A stretch of 64,000 nt of DNA from a virus: IMG/VR virus record IMGVR_UViG_3300032562_000014, positions 1-64,000 of that record. One strand, given 5' to 3'. This document shows positions 18,470-28,097 of the stretch, one piece after another. The notes under the pieces were generated by a model. It saw only the letters and a program-made list of their open reading frames with translations, was not told the origin of the DNA and searched no databases. How positions within the stretch are numbered: the first letter of the stretch is position 1; each line of letters begins with the position of its first letter. The position numbers and the translations under genes are program-made.

Positions 18470-18940
18470 ATGGATAACACACTTACTTTCTCCCAGAACT
18501 GCGCCAATCTGGTAATGGATTCAGAAGGCTTTGTGCCTCACCCATATGTTGACCCGGCATCAGGTGGCGAGCCGATAACTATAGCATTTGGCAGCACTCA
18601 TTATTGTGATGGTACCAAAGTAACCATGTCGGACAGCCTGGTATCGCAAGAAGATGGCGAGGCTATGTTGCTATGCACACTGAATACCCATGTTTTGCCT
18701 TCTATCCAACAGGTAGTAACATCGGACATCAATCAAAACCAACTGGATGCGCTGGGAGATTTTGTGTATAACCTGGGCATCGGTAATTTCAAAAGCAGCA
18801 CACTTTTGAAAAAGGTTAACACTGATTCATCAGACGCAACTATTGCAGATGAATTTGCGAAGTGGAACAAAGCTGGCGGAAAGGTAATGAATGGCCTTAC
18901 CATCAGGCGGCAAAAAGAGTCTGATTTGTACTTTTCGTAA
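18470..18940 (+). CDS. Endolysin, GH24 lysozyme
   Basis: SEG...PY.D......TI.FG.T, NQ.DAL.DF.YNLG...F..STLLKK.N and GL..RR..E..L motifs. Confidence 0.92.
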   Translation: MDNTLTFSQNCANLVMDSEGFVPHPYVDPASGGEPITIAFGSTHYCDGTKVTMSDSLVSQEDGEAMLLCTLNTHVLPSIQQVVTSDINQNQLDALGDFVYNLGIGNFKSSTLLKKVNTDSSDATIADEFAKWNKAGGKVMNGLTIRRQKESDLYFS

Positions 18941-18976
18941 GTTTATATATCTTTACAAAAATATACCCCCACTACA

Positions 18977-21900
18977 ATGCGTTTTTTGAGAAGGCTTTTT
19001 CTGTTCATTTTTGCCTTGATTCTGATAGGCATTTGCTCCCGGTCTTTCGGACAGCAGGTATTTCCAATAGGTAATCCAACAGCCATAAACAGGGCACTCG
19101 GAGAGTATGCTGCGGATAGCGCACTGAAAGCGCCAAAGGTAAAAAAAGTGTTTCCTAACTTTGATAGTACGGGGAATATTGCTGTAGTAGGAGGTATTTT
19201 GTATTACCATGACGGCAACCACTGGGCGGCAGTAGATACAGGTGCAGGAACTGGTGTAACTTTAGTGCAACTTAATGACAGCCTCGCGAACTACCTGAAA
19301 TTGAAGGATAGCACTACTAAGTGGGTCACGATAACACAACTCAATGACAGTTTTGGCACACACCATAGCGCCGACAGCACGGTGTTCTCCACTATTTACC
19401 GCAACGACACAGGAAACAAGGCAATACGCGCCATTGTCATTGATCTCATTCAAAGCTACGGTATAGCCATTACAGGAGCGGCAGGGCAGACTGTAGGCTC
19501 TTCCCCTGGCTGGGTAATATCAACAGATACTACGAAGATACCTCCCTTTACTGATACGTTGCCCGGCAACAGGAAGCTGGTTACGCCTACTTATCTTGCG
19601 GCACAGGGATATGGCACCGGTACGGTAACATCAGTAACAGCCAACCCATTATCTCCTCTGTTTACGACATCAGTAGCTACGGCAACAACTACTCCGGCAA
19701 TATCCTTCACGCTTAATACTCAATCTGCAAACCTTGTATTTGCTGGGCCATCTTCCGGTGGTGCTGCGGCCCCGACATTTCGATCATTGGTGTCACCTGA
19801 TATTCCTTCACTCACTGGTGGGCAAGTAGGCATATCGGGTTTATCTGCGACAGGCACTCCTTCGTCTACTACATTTCTTCGTGGGGATAATACATGGTCT
19901 GCTGCCGGTACAGGCACGGTGACCTCTGTGGGCTTATCCACGCCATCCATATTTTCAGTTACGCCCACTCCGATAACTACGGCTGGTACATTTTCTGTTA
20001 CGGCGGTACCTGAAACGGCTAATACCTTTTGGGGTGCGCCAAATGGCAGTACTGGTCAGCCAACATTTCGCACATTGGTATCTGCCGATCTTCCCGGAGG
20101 TACGGGTACGGTAACATCAATAGCCACAACAAGCCCTTTGACCGGCGGGACAATTACTACTACAGGAACTTTGGGAATCACCCAGGCCAGCACAATAAAC
20201 AGTGGGTATCTTTCTTCTGTAGACTGGAATACTTTCAATGGGAAACTTTCATCGGCAGTTACCAGCGTGGGGTTGTCTACTCCTTCTATATTCTCTGTTT
20301 CGCCAACATCTATTACTTCAACTGGTGTGTTTACGGTTACTGCTGTGTCGGAAACGGCGAACACCGTATGGGCGGCTCCTAATGGTAGTTCAGGCCAGCC
20401 AACATTCAGGGCATTAGTTGCGGCGGATCTTCCGGCAGGAACCGGTACTGTTACATCAGTATCAAATAGTGATGGAACCTTAACCGTTACCCCTACAACA
20501 GGTGCTGTAGTTGCTTCAATAAACCTTACCAATGCTAATACATGGGGAGGTTTACAAACATTTCATGGTATAAAGTTAACTGACGGAAGTAATATAGATT
20601 GTGGCTCTACAACAGGCACTATTATAGCTACCGACCCTACACATAAACTTGGGTTTTATAACACCACTCCGGTGGTGCAGCAAACGGGGGATATTAGAAC
20701 GGGATTAAGTAATCTTGGTTTAATAACATTGGGTACTTTGAGTGCATCCAGCATTACAGGCACGTTAGGCACAGGTAACGGCGGTACAGGAGCGACTACG
20801 CAAACGAGTGTAAATACTATTTCTATAACTTACGGGGCAAATAATACAATTACAGCAGCCCCATCAGGCTCCGCAGGTGGCGACCTCACAGGAACATACC
20901 CAAATCCTACACTTGCAGCGGCGGGAACGGCGGGAACTTACGGGAGTGCCACACAAACACCTGTTTTTACTACAGATAGTAAAGGAAGGGTAACAGCGGT
21001 AACTAATACGACCATTACGCCTGCTTATGCGAATGTGACGGGAACGCCTGTTATTTCACTTACGGTAAATGGCGTTACGGGCAATAACAATACAGCAATA
21101 ACGGTGAACCCTATACCTACAGGAGTATCAGCGGGGACTTGTACTTATTGCACTATTACACACAATATATATGGCGAGGCTACGGCTTATAGTAACGGCA
21201 CAAACCCTGTTACCTCCATAGTGGCAGGCACGAATGTAACCACATCAGGCACTACGGTAGTAACCGTAAATGTACCATCTATACCTTATTCAAGTGTAAC
21301 AGGTACTCCTGTAATAAGTGCAACTGTTAATGGTGTGACTGTGAATAACAATACAGCAGTAACAGTAAATGCTACACCGTCTGGCAATGCAGGCGGCAGC
21401 TTAACTGGAACGTACCCTAATCCAACTATTGCGGCAAGCGGGGTGACAGCTGCGGCTTATGGAGGAGCAAATTCAATACCAATAGTTACAGTAGGAACAG
21501 ACGGAAGAGTAACTTCAGTAACTACTGTAAACCCATATTCTACAGGAGGAACTGTAACAAGTGTAGGTTTGACAACTCCTTCTATATTTTCTGTGACGCC
21601 TACTCCTATAACCACTTCTGGGACGTTTAGTGTAACCGCTGTGCCTGAATCAGCAAACACTTTTTGGGCTGCGCCAAACGGCAGCAGTGGTCAGCCAACA
21701 TTTAGAACAATAGGAACAGCAGATGTACCAACGCTGAATCAGTCAACAACTGGATCAGCTGGAAGTCTTTCTCCTGGTGCAAATATAAATGGGGTGTCTT
21801 TTACAGGCTCATCAAATATAACAGTTACAGCCGCAGCAAATACGCTAACAACAGCAACATTAAACCCTACAGTTGTTACATCTTCGTTAACTTCAGTAGG

Positions 21901-24900
21901 AACAATAACAAGCGGTATTTGGAATGGTACAACAATTGCTCAATCAAGCGGAGGAACAGGGGCGACAACTCAAACTTCTGTTAATACAACTCCAATAACA
22001 TATGGGGCGAATAATACAATAACAGCTGTGCCTTCTGGTAATGCTGGTGGAGACTTGACTGGGACATACCCTAATCCCACATTAGCAGCAACAGGAACAT
22101 CTGGAACATATGGAGGGAGCAACGCTATACCAATCGTTACGACGGATTCAAAGGGAAGAATAACTTCAATCACAACAGTCAACCCAGTTTCTGCGCCAGT
22201 TTCTTCAGTTTCAAATTCAGATGGAACATTGACTATATCACCCACAACAGGATCAGTAGTTGGATCGTTGAATTTAGCTAACGCAGACACATGGACAGCA
22301 TTACAGACTTTCAACAAAGGCATTGTTTTTCCTTCTTTAAATGTAACACCAGCAACTCCAACAACAGGAAATACCGTATTTACAAATAGTGTAAATGTTT
22401 TGACCTCGTTAAACAACAACGGCTTTCAAACAGGATTAGACTTTACGGGCAATACAGCCAATAGAATATATACAGGAGCAAATCATAATTTCACATTTGA
22501 TAATTTAAGCACAAGCACAACTACAACAAATGGCTATTTTAAAGGTTCTGGCGGTTTAGGAACATTTGTAACTTCAATACCAAATGGCGATTTAGCAAAC
22601 AGTTCAATAACAATAAACGGAACATCAACTTCTTTGGGCGGAAGCGTTTTGACAGGAACGGTCAATGCGGTTTCAATCGCATCAGCAAACGGCTTTGGAG
22701 GCACTTCTTCAGGTGGTGCAACACCTGCTTTAACGATAACAACTTCTATTAATGGATTGATGGAAGGAAATGGAACAGCAGCAGTCATAGCAACAAGCAC
22801 AAACGTTTTGTCTGCTTTAGGAACACAACCGAATCATACATTCTTAGGCAACAATACAGGTTCAGCAGCTTCAGTGGGATTTTACCAGCCAGCTTATACA
22901 GACATATCTGGAACACCAACAATTCAAACAACAATAAATGGGACAATTGTAGCAAATGCAACACCCGTTACAGTTAACCCAATACCAGCAGGAACAGCAG
23001 GAACGTATGGCTCTGCCACACAAACCCCTGTATTCACCACTAATAGTTACGGGGAAGTTACTGGCGTTACTAATACTACGATCACCCCTGCTTACGCCAA
23101 CGTGACAGGAACGCCGGTTATTCAGACTACCATCAATGGTACCGTAGTCGCTAATGGTGTACCTGTTACGGTGAATCCTGTACCCACTGCTGTTACTCCT
23201 GGAACTTATACGAATACAAACCTTACAGTAAATGCGGCGGGCCAGATCACAGCAGCAAGTAACGGAGCCGCAGGCGGGGTTACATCAGTGATCGCCGGTA
23301 CGAACGTGAGCGTGACCGGAACGAGCACGCCGACCGTAAGTGTTACCAACTATCCTTATAGCGGGTTGTCTGGCGCTCCGGTGATCCAGGTTACTATTAA
23401 TGGCACTACGGTAGCTAATGGCACCGTAGTAACAGTTAACCCCAATCCCACAGCCGTAACTGCAGGCAGTTATACATATTCCAACATAACTGTTGGTGCA
23501 GACGGCAGGCTTACGGCTGCAAGTAATGGTACAGCTCCAACGACTTATACAGCAGGTACAGGATTGAGCGGCACAACATCCTTCAGCATCACGCCTGTGA
23601 CAACTTCTGGTACTTACACAAACGCTACAGTAACAGTAAACGCGCTGGGACAAATTATCGGGGCGGCCAGCGGGTCAGCTCCGATAACTTATACAGGCGG
23701 CCAGAATATCTCTATTACTTCCGGCACCGTAAACCTATCAGGCACAATACCTGTTTCTAACGGTGGGACCGGGGTGACCACCACAACGAGTGTTAACGGT
23801 ACTCCAATATCCTACGGAGTTGGGAATACGCTGCCTATTGGAGTTACTTCTATTGTGGCCGGGACGAATGTAACGACCACAGGTACAACAACTGTAACTG
23901 TAAATGTACCGTCTATACCATATGGCAGCGTAACCGGTACACCTGTAATATCTGCTACCGTGAATGGTGTTACTGTAAATAACAATACGGGTGTAACCAT
24001 TACAGCGGCTCCTACAGGCTCCGCAGGTGGTGATCTTGCAGGCACATATCCTAACCCAACTGTAGCTACTGCCGCTATTACAGGAACTAAGATAGCGAGT
24101 GCGACCGTCACCAATGGTAACCTTGTGAACAATACTGTATCAGTCAACGGAACGCCCGTTGCCTTAGGCGCGGGGATTACTATAACTGCAGCGCCGAGTG
24201 GGAGTGCGGGAGGCGACCTCACAGGAACATATCCTAACCCTACATTAGCAGCAACAGCGGTAACAGCGGCAAGCTACGGCAGCAGTACGGCTATTCCGTC
24301 ATTCACGGTAGATGCTAAGGGTAGATTGACAGCAGCCAGTACTAATGCGGTCATTGCACCTGCGGGTACTTTATCGGGTACTACACTTAACAGCGGCGTG
24401 GTGTCAAGTTCTTTGACAAGTGTAGGAACTATAACAGCGGGTACGTGGAATGGAACGGCTATTGCTAATGCTTATCTCGCCAATAGCACCGTAAGTGTAA
24501 ACGGCACACCTGTAGCACTCGGAGCGGGAATAACAGTTACAGCGGCTCCGAGCGGCGCAGCAGGCGGCGACCTTACCGGTACATACCCTAACCCGACCAT
24601 CGGCGCAGGTAAAGTAACCAATACCGACCTTGCAGGTAGCATAGCTGCCAGCAAATTGATAGGTACAGACATTGCAACTGTAGGTACAATAACCACAGGT
24701 ACATGGAACGGAACGGCTATTGCTAATGCGAACCTTGCTAATAGTAGCTTGACGGTTAACGGCAGCAGCGTTTCTTTGGGTGGGAGCGTAACGGTGAGCG
24801 CAGCCCCGAATGGTAGTGCGGGTGGTAGCCTTACAGGTACTTATCCTAACCCGACCATAGCGAGTAGCGTTTCTTTGCCCGGCAGCCCGACCACTACAAC

Positions 24901-25255
24901 GCAGGCTATAGACGACAACAGCACCAATATTGCCACGACTGCTTATGTGCAACTTTACATACCCGCAGATACAAGCATATCGGCATCCTACACACTTACA
25001 TCAAGGGACAGATACAGGACATTGCACAGCACCGCATCGAGCGGAATTACTTTGACTATACCAACCTCATTAGGTACGAAATTCACATGCACAGTTATTG
25101 AAGAGGCGGCGGGTAATGTAACCTTTTCAGCAAGTTCTACAACACTAACATTTATACCCACATCAACGACTAAGACAAAGCAAAGCGGCTCTATTGCCAC
25201 GGTGCGGAGTTGGGCTACAGCAAACAGTTTCACAGTTCAAGGGGATTTACAATAA
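18977..25255 (+). CDS. Giant Thr/Gly-rich fibre/adhesin-like protein with N-terminal signal peptide
   Basis: Seven (A/T/V)P.G.AGG.L.GTYPNPT repeats, GTVTSV repeats and T.D.KGR.T motifs typical of phage fibres; the N-terminus MRFLRRLFLFIFALILIGICSRSFG-Q looks like a Sec signal. Confidence 0.8.
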   Translation: MRFLRRLFLFIFALILIGICSRSFGQQVFPIGNPTAINRALGEYAADSALKAPKVKKVFPNFDSTGNIAVVGGILYYHDGNHWAAVDTGAGTGVTLVQLNDSLANYLKLKDSTTKWVTITQLNDSFGTHHSADSTVFSTIYRNDTGNKAIRAIVIDLIQSYGIAITGAAGQTVGSSPGWVISTDTTKIPPFTDTLPGNRKLVTPTYLAAQGYGTGTVTSVTANPLSPLFTTSVATATTTPAISFTLNTQSANLVFAGPSSGGAAAPTFRSLVSPDIPSLTGGQVGISGLSATGTPSSTTFLRGDNTWSAAGTGTVTSVGLSTPSIFSVTPTPITTAGTFSVTAVPETANTFWGAPNGSTGQPTFRTLVSADLPGGTGTVTSIATTSPLTGGTITTTGTLGITQASTINSGYLSSVDWNTFNGKLSSAVTSVGLSTPSIFSVSPTSITSTGVFTVTAVSETANTVWAAPNGSSGQPTFRALVAADLPAGTGTVTSVSNSDGTLTVTPTTGAVVASINLTNANTWGGLQTFHGIKLTDGSNIDCGSTTGTIIATDPTHKLGFYNTTPVVQQTGDIRTGLSNLGLITLGTLSASSITGTLGTGNGGTGATTQTSVNTISITYGANNTITAAPSGSAGGDLTGTYPNPTLAAAGTAGTYGSATQTPVFTTDSKGRVTAVTNTTITPAYANVTGTPVISLTVNGVTGNNNTAITVNPIPTGVSAGTCTYCTITHNIYGEATAYSNGTNPVTSIVAGTNVTTSGTTVVTVNVPSIPYSSVTGTPVISATVNGVTVNNNTAVTVNATPSGNAGGSLTGTYPNPTIAASGVTAAAYGGANSIPIVTVGTDGRVTSVTTVNPYSTGGTVTSVGLTTPSIFSVTPTPITTSGTFSVTAVPESANTFWAAPNGSSGQPTFRTIGTADVPTLNQSTTGSAGSLSPGANINGVSFTGSSNITVTAAANTLTTATLNPTVVTSSLTSVGTITSGIWNGTTIAQSSGGTGATTQTSVNTTPITYGANNTITAVPSGNAGGDLTGTYPNPTLAATGTSGTYGGSNAIPIVTTDSKGRITSITTVNPVSAPVSSVSNSDGTLTISPTTGSVVGSLNLANADTWTALQTFNKGIVFPSLNVTPATPTTGNTVFTNSVNVLTSLNNNGFQTGLDFTGNTANRIYTGANHNFTFDNLSTSTTTTNGYFKGSGGLGTFVTSIPNGDLANSSITINGTSTSLGGSVLTGTVNAVSIASANGFGGTSSGGATPALTITTSINGLMEGNGTAAVIATSTNVLSALGTQPNHTFLGNNTGSAASVGFYQPAYTDISGTPTIQTTINGTIVANATPVTVNPIPAGTAGTYGSATQTPVFTTNSYGEVTGVTNTTITPAYANVTGTPVIQTTINGTVVANGVPVTVNPVPTAVTPGTYTNTNLTVNAAGQITAASNGAAGGVTSVIAGTNVSVTGTSTPTVSVTNYPYSGLSGAPVIQVTINGTTVANGTVVTVNPNPTAVTAGSYTYSNITVGADGRLTAASNGTAPTTYTAGTGLSGTTSFSITPVTTSGTYTNATVTVNALGQIIGAASGSAPITYTGGQNISITSGTVNLSGTIPVSNGGTGVTTTTSVNGTPISYGVGNTLPIGVTSIVAGTNVTTTGTTTVTVNVPSIPYGSVTGTPVISATVNGVTVNNNTGVTITAAPTGSAGGDLAGTYPNPTVATAAITGTKIASATVTNGNLVNNTVSVNGTPVALGAGITITAAPSGSAGGDLTGTYPNPTLAATAVTAASYGSSTAIPSFTVDAKGRLTAASTNAVIAPAGTLSGTTLNSGVVSSSLTSVGTITAGTWNGTAIANAYLANSTVSVNGTPVALGAGITVTAAPSGAAGGDLTGTYPNPTIGAGKVTNTDLAGSIAASKLIGTDIATVGTITTGTWNGTAIANANLANSSLTVNGSSVSLGGSVTVSAAPNGSAGGSLTGTYPNPTIASSVSLPGSPTTTTQAIDDNSTNIATTAYVQLYIPADTSISASYTLTSRDRYRTLHSTASSGITLTIPTSLGTKFTCTVIEEAAGNVTFSASSTTLTFIPTSTTKTKQSGSIATVRSWATANSFTVQGDLQ

Positions 25256-25896
25256 TGAAAAGGTTATTATTTATACTATGCTTTATACCTGTTATGTGCA
25301 ATGCGCAGTTGGGCGGATTGAGTGGTGGCGTGACATTGCCATCTGTTGTGTCTGTTGCTACCACGACCTACGACCCATCCAACAAAGGCAGTAATATCAC
25401 TTTGTCATCTGGTAACCTTACTTACTCGATAAGCCCTGCTACTTCATCGTTTGTAAGGGGTACAGTGGGCTACGCAGTAGGTGGTACAGGGATACACCAA
25501 GTGGAGATAACGCAAATAACGGGAGGCGGTAATGGTGAACCATGCGGCATTGTGAATAGTGCCGTAACTAATTACAACCAAGAACCGGCAGCTGGTTTAG
25601 GAGCAGGAATGAACTATGTATATTATAATGGAGGGAATATTTATAGCAACAACAGTGCTGTTCAAACAGTAGCTTCTTATGTGGCATTGGATAAGGTTGG
25701 TTATACATTCAATGCGGTGAGTGGTGCATTACGATTTTATAAGAATGGCGTGCAGGTGGGAACACCAATAACGGTATCCAGTTCGGGTACGTGGTATCCT
25801 ATGAGTGGTGGATATAGTGGTGGCACATGTTCGGGCAGTGTAGTGTTTATATATGCTTCTATGACTTATCCTATATCCGGGGCAACAAACTGGTAA
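25255..25896 (+). CDS. Secreted SPRY/concanavalin-A-like domain protein
   Basis: Signal MKRLLFILCFIPVMCNA-Q; NITLSSGNLT...D.VG...G.L.FYKNGV...WYP pattern; translationally coupled (TAATG). Confidence 0.75.
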   Translation: MKRLLFILCFIPVMCNAQLGGLSGGVTLPSVVSVATTTYDPSNKGSNITLSSGNLTYSISPATSSFVRGTVGYAVGGTGIHQVEITQITGGGNGEPCGIVNSAVTNYNQEPAAGLGAGMNYVYYNGGNIYSNNSAVQTVASYVALDKVGYTFNAVSGALRFYKNGVQVGTPITVSSSGTWYPMSGGYSGGTCSGSVVFIYASMTYPISGATNW

Positions 25897-25898
25897 TT

Positions 25899-26264
25899 AT
25901 GAAAAGAATATTATTTATAGCTTCTTTTTTGGCAAGTGCAATATGCAATGCACAGATACACTATGACAGCACATGGAATATGCAATATGTAAATGTTGTA
26001 CCGTATGTATGTGATAATAAAGGACATACCGCAAACAGGATTTACGTAAACGTCATCAATGGTCAAATAACGGCGGAGTATCATGGCCCTGTTTATCTTG
26101 ATAGTACAGGAAATATATCTGAGAGCGGCAGATTGTGGCAGCAGCCCTGGGGTTATTTTGAATACATGTTCGGGAAGGATTACACAGATAGAGATACAAC
26201 AATGCCGCACATTTTCTTATGGCTTGCAGACCCATCGAAACTTAATTTAACGATAACCGAATAA
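25899..26264 (+). CDS. Secreted hypothetical protein
   Basis: Signal MKRILFIASFLASAICNA-Q. Confidence 0.7.
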   Translation: MKRILFIASFLASAICNAQIHYDSTWNMQYVNVVPYVCDNKGHTANRIYVNVINGQITAEYHGPVYLDSTGNISESGRLWQQPWGYFEYMFGKDYTDRDTTMPHIFLWLADPSKLNLTITE

Positions 26265-26426
26265 CAAAACGGGAAATGAGTACCGAAAATATACAGCAGA
26301 TAGTAGATATAGCTATGAAGCCAAACGGGCAGACAGCAAACAAGCACATACTTGTCGTTGTGATCGTGTGCATGATACCTACTATCTTATTCGGCATAGA
26401 TAACGGCATTGCCTATAGTGCCATAA

Positions 26427-26454
26427 AAAAGCCACCCATATACAGGTGGCTTTT
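26427..26454. terminator. Bidirectional intrinsic terminator
   Basis: AAAAGCCACC-loop-GGTGGCTTTT between the convergent fibre and groEL units. Confidence 0.7.
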
Positions 26455-26475
26455 CTCATTCAGTGTATTCCGTAA

Positions 26476-28065
26476 TTAGCTTTCTGATACCACACATTCT
26501 GTGTTCAATAAAAGCTGCGCTATAGAGGCTGCATTCTCCAGCGCTATCCTGGTTACCTTTACCGGGTCTATAACGCCTGTTTCAAAGAAGTGTTCATACT
26601 CCCTTGTTTTGGAATTGTAGCCATAGTCGCCACCGGTCTTTTTTACTTCATCAATGATAGCGTCTATGTCTTTTACCCCTGCATTTTGTAGTATAAGGCG
26701 AGCCGGTTCGCTTATGGCTTCTTCAACGATAAGTACACCTGTTGCTTCATCTTTATTGGCTACCTCTATCAGTTGGATAGCCTGTATAGCATTCAGGTAA
26801 GCTACACCACCACCGGGCAGCACACCTTCGTCTATGGCCGCGAGTACAGCACACAGGGCATCTTCAATACGATCTCTTTTTTCTTTCACTTCCGGTTCGG
26901 TAACGCCACCTACATAGATAACGCCTATGCCGGATGTGAGTTTTGCAAGCCGGCCAGCCAGTGCCTTCTTTTCGTAGGGTTGCTTGCTTTCGGCCACCAG
27001 TCCTTCGATCATCTTTGCGCGGGCTGCAATGTCAAATTCTTTTCCGCGAGCGCCGGTGATCAGTGTAGATTCCCGGTCAATAACCACCTTATCTGCATAT
27101 CCGAGATAGGATGAAGGTGCATTGACTAAATTGTGGCCCTTGTCGCGGCTGATTAGTGTGCCGTTGGTAATGATGGCAATATCTTCCATGATGTCCTTCG
27201 TGATCAGGCCGTCTTTAGGCATCTTTATCACGCATATAGGGCGCTTCATCTGGGCCACAGTAGCGTTGATGTTTTGCAGGGCTTCTCCGTCCATCTCTTC
27301 GCAGATAATAAGGATAGCCTTTTTGTCATTGAGCGAATACTTGATCAGCGGCTCTACTTCATTCCACTGGCTTATCTTGTTGTCGCACATCAGTATGTTC
27401 ACGTTCTCCAGCACTACTACATCGCTGGTATCGGACTGGCGCATGTACGGGGATATGTAGCCACGATCTATCTTCACGCCTTCTACCTTTTTTACGTAGG
27501 TTTCCCCGGTGAGTGAATCTTCAATGCTCACAAGGCCATGCTCTCCTACCTGGCACACGATGTCGCTCACCAGTTTACCTATTTCGGTATTGTTATTGGC
27601 TGATATGGAAGCGATGTTGATCAACTGCTCCGGGTCGCGGCCTATTATTTTGGCAGCCTTACCCAGTTGTTCTACTACGCATTTAGTGCCCTTTTTTATA
27701 CCTTCTGTGAGATCGGCTGCACTGGCACCTTCATTCAGTTCTTTGATGCCTTTATTGATTAACTGCTGCACAAGGACTATAGACGTTGTGGTGCCATCAC
27801 CTGCGGCCTCTGCGGTATTGGTGGCCACCTCTTTCACAAGCTGTGCGCCCATGTTCTCCAAAGTATCCGGCAACTGGCGTATGCTGCGCGCTACGGTCAC
27901 TCCGTCCTTTGTGAGATACGGCACAGGTCTGTTCGGGTTAAGGCTCTGTATCATCACGGTATTGCCGGATGGCCCCAGTGTGGACTTCACGGCATCTGCC
28001 AGGATGTTGATGCCATTGCTAAGTTTGGTTCTCGCTTCTTTGTCAAAATCTACTCTTGTACTCAT
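26476..28065 (-). CDS. groEL: Phage-encoded chaperonin GroEL (Cpn60)
   Basis: TLGP.G, TKDGVTVA, AGDGTTT, DRIEDAL, GVLPGGG and GVIDP.KVTR.ALENAAS motifs; no GGM tail. Confidence 0.95.
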   Translation of the reverse strand: MSTRVDFDKEARTKLSNGINILADAVKSTLGPSGNTVMIQSLNPNRPVPYLTKDGVTVARSIRQLPDTLENMGAQLVKEVATNTAEAAGDGTTTSIVLVQQLINKGIKELNEGASAADLTEGIKKGTKCVVEQLGKAAKIIGRDPEQLINIASISANNNTEIGKLVSDIVCQVGEHGLVSIEDSLTGETYVKKVEGVKIDRGYISPYMRQSDTSDVVVLENVNILMCDNKISQWNEVEPLIKYSLNDKKAILIICEEMDGEALQNINATVAQMKRPICVIKMPKDGLITKDIMEDIAIITNGTLISRDKGHNLVNAPSSYLGYADKVVIDRESTLITGARGKEFDIAARAKMIEGLVAESKQPYEKKALAGRLAKLTSGIGVIYVGGVTEPEVKEKRDRIEDALCAVLAAIDEGVLPGGGVAYLNAIQAIQLIEVANKDEATGVLIVEEAISEPARLILQNAGVKDIDAIIDEVKKTGGDYGYNSKTREYEHFFETGVIDPVKVTRIALENAASIAQLLLNTECVVSES

Positions 28066-28097
28066 AATTATGTATGGTTGGTTGATGAAAAAATGGG

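Noticed and set aside
18977-26264. Diversity-generating retroelement target/template repeats
   Set aside because: No reverse transcriptase in the window, and the repeats differ at synonymous sites generally rather than only at adenines.
26276-26479. 67-aa plus-strand ORF
   Set aside because: It runs through the bidirectional terminator into the groEL stop. It could be real but is not supportable.
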